Shown: piece by piece, positions 59,913 to 64,000 of the stretch | Layout of the letters: each line of letters opens with the position of its first letter | Numbering within the stretch: position 1 is the stretch's first letter | From: a virus | Taxonomy: Duplodnaviria; Caudoviricetes | IMG/VR virus record: IMGVR_UViG_3300027374_000478 | Location: 32,001 to 96,000 of that record | DNA: 64,000 nt | Reading direction: 5' to 3' (one strand) | Notes under the pieces: generated by a model | What the model saw: the letters and a program-made list of their open reading frames with translations, nothing else | Databases searched by the model: none | What the model was told of the DNA's origin: nothing | Program-made: the position numbers and the translations under genes

Positions 59913-60140
59913 TTAACGAAGCGCTAGTAAACGTTGCATTTTTGGATCATCGGAAATTAATATGTCTATAGGAGAACACTCTAGTTCCTTGCAAATTGCT
60001 TCGAGTATTTCAAATTTTATAGATGTTGATGTTCCTTTATATATATTGTCAATAGTCGGATATGTTACACCAATACGTTTTGCCAGTTCATATCGTGTCA
60101 TTCCTTTTTCTTTTAATTTGTTTTGTATAGAAATTTTCAT
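59913..60140 (-). CDS. XRE/Cro-C1 HTH repressor
   Basis: LKEKGMTRYELAKRIGVTYPTI...LEAICKELECSPIDIL. Confidence 0.88.
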   Translation of the reverse strand: MKISIQNKLKEKGMTRYELAKRIGVTYPTIDNIYKGTSTSIKFEILEAICKELECSPIDILISDDPKMQRLLALR

Positions 60141-60216
60141 ATTAACCAACCTTTCTTTATATATAGTATCATATATATAAAGAAATTAAAATATAAAAAA
60201 TATTTGTAATAATAGT

Positions 60217-60244
60217 TGACAATATATATTGTTAAGTATATAAT
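60217..60244 (+). promoter_or_regulatory. promoter with overlapping palindromic operator
   Basis: TTGACAATATATATTGTTAA near-perfect palindrome over the -35; TATAAT downstream. Confidence 0.6.
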
Positions 60245-60294
60245 TGATAATATAAAAGTTGATTTACTACATAAAGATGAAAGGAGGATGCGAG

Positions 60295-60645
60295 ATGGAA
60301 ATAAAAAGATATGACATAGTACAAGCCGATTTGTTTGGAACAATTGGTTCTGAACAAGGTGGCATTAGACCTGTGCTTATTATTCAAAATGACATTGGCA
60401 ATTTACATAGCCAAACAACTATTGTAATGCCATTTTCAACGAAAATTTTTAAGAATCCTAATCAGCCTACGCATACTCTGATAAAGAAAAGTGCTGATAC
60501 TGGGTTGAAAATGGATTCTGTTTTACTTGGTGAACAAATGAGAGTAATAAGCAATCAGCGCATAAAAAGAAAAATTGGCGTTGTAACAGACGAGAAAGAG
60601 AGAAGAGAAATACGCAGGGTGTATGATGCCAATTTTGGAGAATAA
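60295..60645 (+). CDS. mazF: MazF/PemK family endoribonuclease
   Basis: GSEQGGIRPVLIIQNDIGN...PTH...GL..DSVLLGEQMRVIS. Confidence 0.9.
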   Translation: MEIKRYDIVQADLFGTIGSEQGGIRPVLIIQNDIGNLHSQTTIVMPFSTKIFKNPNQPTHTLIKKSADTGLKMDSVLLGEQMRVISNQRIKRKIGVVTDEKERREIRRVYDANFGE

Positions 60646-60661
60646 ATGGAGGTACGGTGTA

Positions 60662-60940
60662 ATGCGGTATGTAGAAATGACATTAGAGGAAGCTGTTAGA
60701 GAGTGCAATAAGAATACAAAGGTTTTAGTTGCGTTGCAGAACTTGGAAGAAAAAGACGACATAGATGTTATATTTGTTCCCAAAAAGAAAGAGGAATACA
60801 GAAAGATGTTTGAAGATGTTAAAACAGCAGCTTCATTATGCAATGATTTTGTAAAACAATTAAATTTATTCACTGAAGCGCAAGATATATATAATATAAA
60901 ACCACATGGATTCCAAAAAATAGTATTGTTACGAGAATAA
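60662..60940 (+). CDS. hypothetical protein
   Basis: GGAGG SD downstream of mazF. Confidence 0.6.
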   Translation: MRYVEMTLEEAVRECNKNTKVLVALQNLEEKDDIDVIFVPKKKEEYRKMFEDVKTAASLCNDFVKQLNLFTEAQDIYNIKPHGFQKIVLLRE

Positions 60941-60961
60941 TCCACAATTGGAATAAAATGC

Positions 60962-61014
60962 AAACGTACGTTCTCTGAAAACTATTGACAAGGAACGTAC
61001 GTTTGTTGTATAAT
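60962..61014 (+). promoter_or_regulatory. sigma-A promoter with two Firmicute LexA (SOS) boxes
   Basis: AAACGTACGTTC (60962) and GAACGTACGTTT (60993) flank TTGACA (60985); TATAAT at 61009. Confidence 0.75.
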
Positions 61015-61198
61015 TATCAACAGAAACACAAAGACCTATCCTCAAACGGTGTTGGCGCACCATCGGATAGGCCTATACATAATAGAGCAGAACGCTCACT
61101 TGTATTTTACATATTATAATCATTTTGGTCAAGTGGTAAATTCAGGCGGTTCTGCAAAAATTCAAGAATTTAAAAGGAGAATAATTAATAAGAGATAT

Positions 61199-61272
61199 GG
61201 ATCTGAGGCTCAGTTGGTCAGAGCAACTGTCTCATAAACGATAGGTCTTGAGTTCAAGTCTCAACAGATTCA
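61199..61272 (+). tRNA. tRNA(CAT) (Ile2 or Met)
   Basis: GGATCTG/CAGATTC, GCTC-AGTTGGTCA-GAGC, CTCATAA loop, TTGAG-TTCAAGT-CTCAA. Confidence 0.8.
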
Positions 61273-61382
61273 TTAGATCAGTGTTTAATGACACTGTATT
61301 TTTTGCACCTATTTTTAGGAAATGAAAAGAGAAAAGTGTTAATAATGTTTGATTAAATACCAAAATAAAGAGGAGGGATAGA

Positions 61383-61997
61383 ATGGATTATGTGATAGCT
61401 AATTCAAATAAAAAAGTATATATCCGCTTGGATAAGAATGGTACACCAGAAACATGCACAAAGCAAATGGCACAGAAATTTGAAAATTCTAAAGCAAGGA
61501 ATATTTTAGATAATTTACCTAAAACGATGAAAAGATTTCATTTTAAAGTAATTCCTCTTCCTGATAAAATTTCGGCTGAAGAGGATAAAGGTGAAGAAAA
61601 GGAAGAAATTATTATCAGTACGTGTTACACCGTACCAAATACAGTAACCAACTGGATTGAACGGGTAAAGAATTGTAATGACTTGGCCAAAGATGCATCT
61701 GTACGAAAAAATGAATTGTTGCAAATGCTTACTAATGCCGATAGAGATTTGTCAAATTGTTTACATAAGATTGAATTAACCAAATGGAAAAATGGATGTG
61801 ACGGATATAAAGAATACAAATTAGTGAAAAATGTACTTGAAAAAAGAAGGAAAATAAAAGATGAATTAATAGTTGTACAATCAATATTGGAATCAAACTT
61901 AGAAAGTATGGCGGCAAATAAGGTAGAGAAAGTGGTGAAAAGACTTAGTAATAGAATTTTTGAGATAAGAGAGGTGGAAGATTATGGTGATTTGTAA
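61383..61997 (+). CDS. hypothetical coiled-coil protein
   Basis: 204 aa; N-terminus resembles that of the HNH protein at 50973. Confidence 0.7.
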   Translation: MDYVIANSNKKVYIRLDKNGTPETCTKQMAQKFENSKARNILDNLPKTMKRFHFKVIPLPDKISAEEDKGEEKEEIIISTCYTVPNTVTNWIERVKNCNDLAKDASVRKNELLQMLTNADRDLSNCLHKIELTKWKNGCDGYKEYKLVKNVLEKRRKIKDELIVVQSILESNLESMAANKVEKVVKRLSNRIFEIREVEDYGDL

Positions 61998-62160
61998 GAA
62001 ATGTTTTGTCCCTATGGTGGGAGTTATGTCATTTTCTAAAGACAAACATGAGAAGTATTGTAGATGTCCTAAATGCATGAGAGAAACAAGGCATCAAACA
62101 ATGAAAGATATTGATTTGAGTTTTGGAGAAGTGTTGCGTAAAACTTATAAAATAAAATAG
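61984..62160 (+). CDS. small Zn-finger protein
   Basis: CKKC...CPKC. Confidence 0.6.
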   Translation: MVICKKCFVPMVGVMSFSKDKHEKYCRCPKCMRETRHQTMKDIDLSFGEVLRKTYKIK

Positions 62161-62179
62161 TTCAGAGAGGTGTATCAAG

Positions 62180-62758
62180 ATGGAAGAGATATTAAATGTG
62201 TACTATGCTGACAATGCAAAAAAACTTCATAAAACAGTTGATAAAATATTATTCAAATTTGGAGGACTATCAAATAAGGATGTCGATGATTTTTATTCGC
62301 TTGCTAATGAGGTGTTTGTGGATGTAATGAGAAGATATGATGCATCTCAATCATTTGATGGATTTCTTTATTCATGTTTATCGAAGAAAATAAAAACAGA
62401 AATGACAAAACGAAATAGAGAAAAACGTAAAGCAGACAGAATGGCTGTTTCAATTGATGCACCTATTGGGGAAGATGATGGTTCTACATTGAGAGATGTT
62501 ATTGCTGGTGATTTTACTATTGAAAAAGAAGTGTTTGAAAAGAAAAAGAGGGAAGAATGGAGAAAAGAAGTAGAGGAATATCTTAATAATTTATCTCCAT
62601 TGCAAAGAAAAATAGCTTTTTTGCTATCTGATAATAGTACACCTGATGAAATATGCGAAGAATTACATATAACGGTAAAGCACTTTAAAAATTCTATGAA
62701 AAGAATTTTGGCAGATGAGAGAATAAAACCACTTAGGCCGTTGGTAGAAAGGATTTGA
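62180..62758 (+). CDS. sigma-70 family (ECF-like) sigma factor
   Basis: Region 2 (DDFYSLANEVF...YD...SFDGFLY), SIDAPIGEDDG, region 4 LSPLQRKI...DEICEELHIT. Confidence 0.75.
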   Translation: MEEILNVYYADNAKKLHKTVDKILFKFGGLSNKDVDDFYSLANEVFVDVMRRYDASQSFDGFLYSCLSKKIKTEMTKRNREKRKADRMAVSIDAPIGEDDGSTLRDVIAGDFTIEKEVFEKKKREEWRKEVEEYLNNLSPLQRKIAFLLSDNSTPDEICEELHITVKHFKNSMKRILADERIKPLRPLVERI

Positions 62759-62763
62759 AGATT

Positions 62764-64000
62764 ATGAAGTTATTGAGAGATAAGATCAAAAGAGACACTT
62801 ATATGGTGTCCAAACTTTGTGGGATGATTGGCAGAGGGGATTTAAAAGATAATCATCCACAACAAAGAAAATCTGGACAATGGGATAATAGTACTCGTGA
62901 TAATTTTATTGTTACTGTTATCAAAAATGAAGATTTTGATCCAATCAAAATATGTGAACAGCTCACAGAAGATGGAGTAATTCTTTGGTTGATTGACGGT
63001 CTTCAGCGTTCTACTACCATTGCAAATTTTAAAGCTGGTAAATTTGCGTTGGGGAGAAAAATTGATCCATATGTAATTGAATTTCAAGAAGCAACAAGAG
63101 ATGAAGAAGGTAAAATAACATATAAAAATATTTCTTATGATTTAAGAGGAAAGGGTTATAAAGATTTACCAGAAAAGTTAAAAGAAGATTTTGATAATTG
63201 CCCTGTTGATATAAGGAAGCATTTGGATTGTACAGATGAGGAAGTGGGCAGACATATTGTCAGGTATAATTCTGGAAGGCCAATGGTGGTAGCTCAGAAA
63301 ATATCAGCTTATATGCATAATACAGCAAAATATGTGAAGAAGTTGTCTGGACATGCTTTCTTCAATGACTGTGCTAATTATTCTGAAACTGCTGACAAGA
63401 ATGGAACAGTTGATAAAGTGGTATCTGAGACGGTTATGGGATTGAATTTTTTTGAATCTTGGAATAAACAGGCAAAAAAAATAGGTAAGCATTTGAACGA
63501 AAATGCAACAAAAGATATGTTTGATAATTTTTCGTTGTATTTAGACAGGTTATTGGAAGTGGTTACACCACAAACTGGAGTGTTATTTTCTGCGAAAAAT
63601 GCGATTATATGGTTTATGCTTTTTGATAGGTTTGATAAAAAAGGATTCGACGATAATAAATTTCAAATGTTTTTAGAGCATTATGAAGAAATAAAAAAAA
63701 TAAAAGTAAAAGTCAATCATGAGTATGAACTTGTTAAAGGAAGTGGAGAGTATACAAGCAATATTTCGTTTGCAGAACTTGATGGTTGTAAATCTACTAA
63801 AGATAAAGGGGTAATAGAAGATAAATTACATATTTTGGAAACTTTACTTAATGATTTTTTACATATAAATAAATCTGAATCGCATTTTGATTTAGAATCT
63901 TTTATATCTGAAAATTTAAATATGGATGTAGAAGAAATAAAAGATGATATCGAATTTTATAATGAATCATTAGATGATTTGGCAAAAAAAACGATTAAAA
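62764..64000 (+). CDS. DUF262/ParB-like protein, truncated by window edge
   Basis: HPQQRKSGQW...WLIDGLQRSTT...RYNSGRPM. Confidence 0.8.
   Translation, partial: MKLLRDKIKRDTYMVSKLCGMIGRGDLKDNHPQQRKSGQWDNSTRDNFIVTVIKNEDFDPIKICEQLTEDGVILWLIDGLQRSTTIANFKAGKFALGRKIDPYVIEFQEATRDEEGKITYKNISYDLRGKGYKDLPEKLKEDFDNCPVDIRKHLDCTDEEVGRHIVRYNSGRPMVVAQKISAYMHNTAKYVKKLSGHAFFNDCANYSETADKNGTVDKVVSETVMGLNFFESWNKQAKKIGKHLNENATKDMFDNFSLYLDRLLEVVTPQTGVLFSAKNAIIWFMLFDRFDKKGFDDNKFQMFLEHYEEIKKIKVKVNHEYELVKGSGEYTSNISFAELDGCKSTKDKGVIEDKLHILETLLNDFLHINKSESHFDLESFISENLNMDVEEIKDDIEFYNESLDDLAKKTIK

Noticed and set aside
59700-64000. Arbitrium (aimR/aimP) system expected in some SPbeta-like phages
   Set aside because: No TPR-type receptor or short secreted-peptide gene recognisable in this window.

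Overview
An AT-rich (roughly 30% GC by eye) 64 kb segment of a large SPbeta-like temperate phage or prophage, probably from a Clostridia/Lachnospiraceae-type Firmicute. No host chromosomal genes or att junction are visible. The left half (1-32.7 kb, mostly minus strand) holds the head and packaging module (terminase, portal, scaffold, major capsid), a tyrosine recombinase, two HU-like proteins and five scattered tRNA or tRNA-like genes. It also holds a YonO-type single-subunit RNA polymerase whose catalytic GAD|FDSD motif is split by a group I intron encoding a NUMOD4-HNH endonuclease. After a non-coding switch region (~31.8-32.5 kb), the right half is a co-directional plus-strand early/accessory region. 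It opens with a type I hammerhead ribozyme and a ~1.5 kb ORF-free, heavily base-paired candidate giant ncRNA behind a consensus sigma-A promoter. Then come ~50 mostly small genes, with a twister and a variant type II hammerhead in the intergenic spaces. About 25 copies of a palindrome T(G/A)AAA-N6-TTT(C/T)A sit at gene boundaries between 35.46 and 59.47 kb, often overlapping stop codons, and a catalytically intact tyrosine recombinase lies inside this array. This looks like an integron/pdif-like gene-cassette system; a repressor-operator array is the alternative. Cargo includes a DUF4942 methyltransferase, five ParB/DUF262-fold proteins, an HNH nuclease, YefM-YoeB, Fic, a P22 gp17-like protein and an orphan MazF. 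A LexA-boxed promoter precedes a tRNA, sigma factor and DUF262 unit. All calls are by eye; no searches or folding were run.
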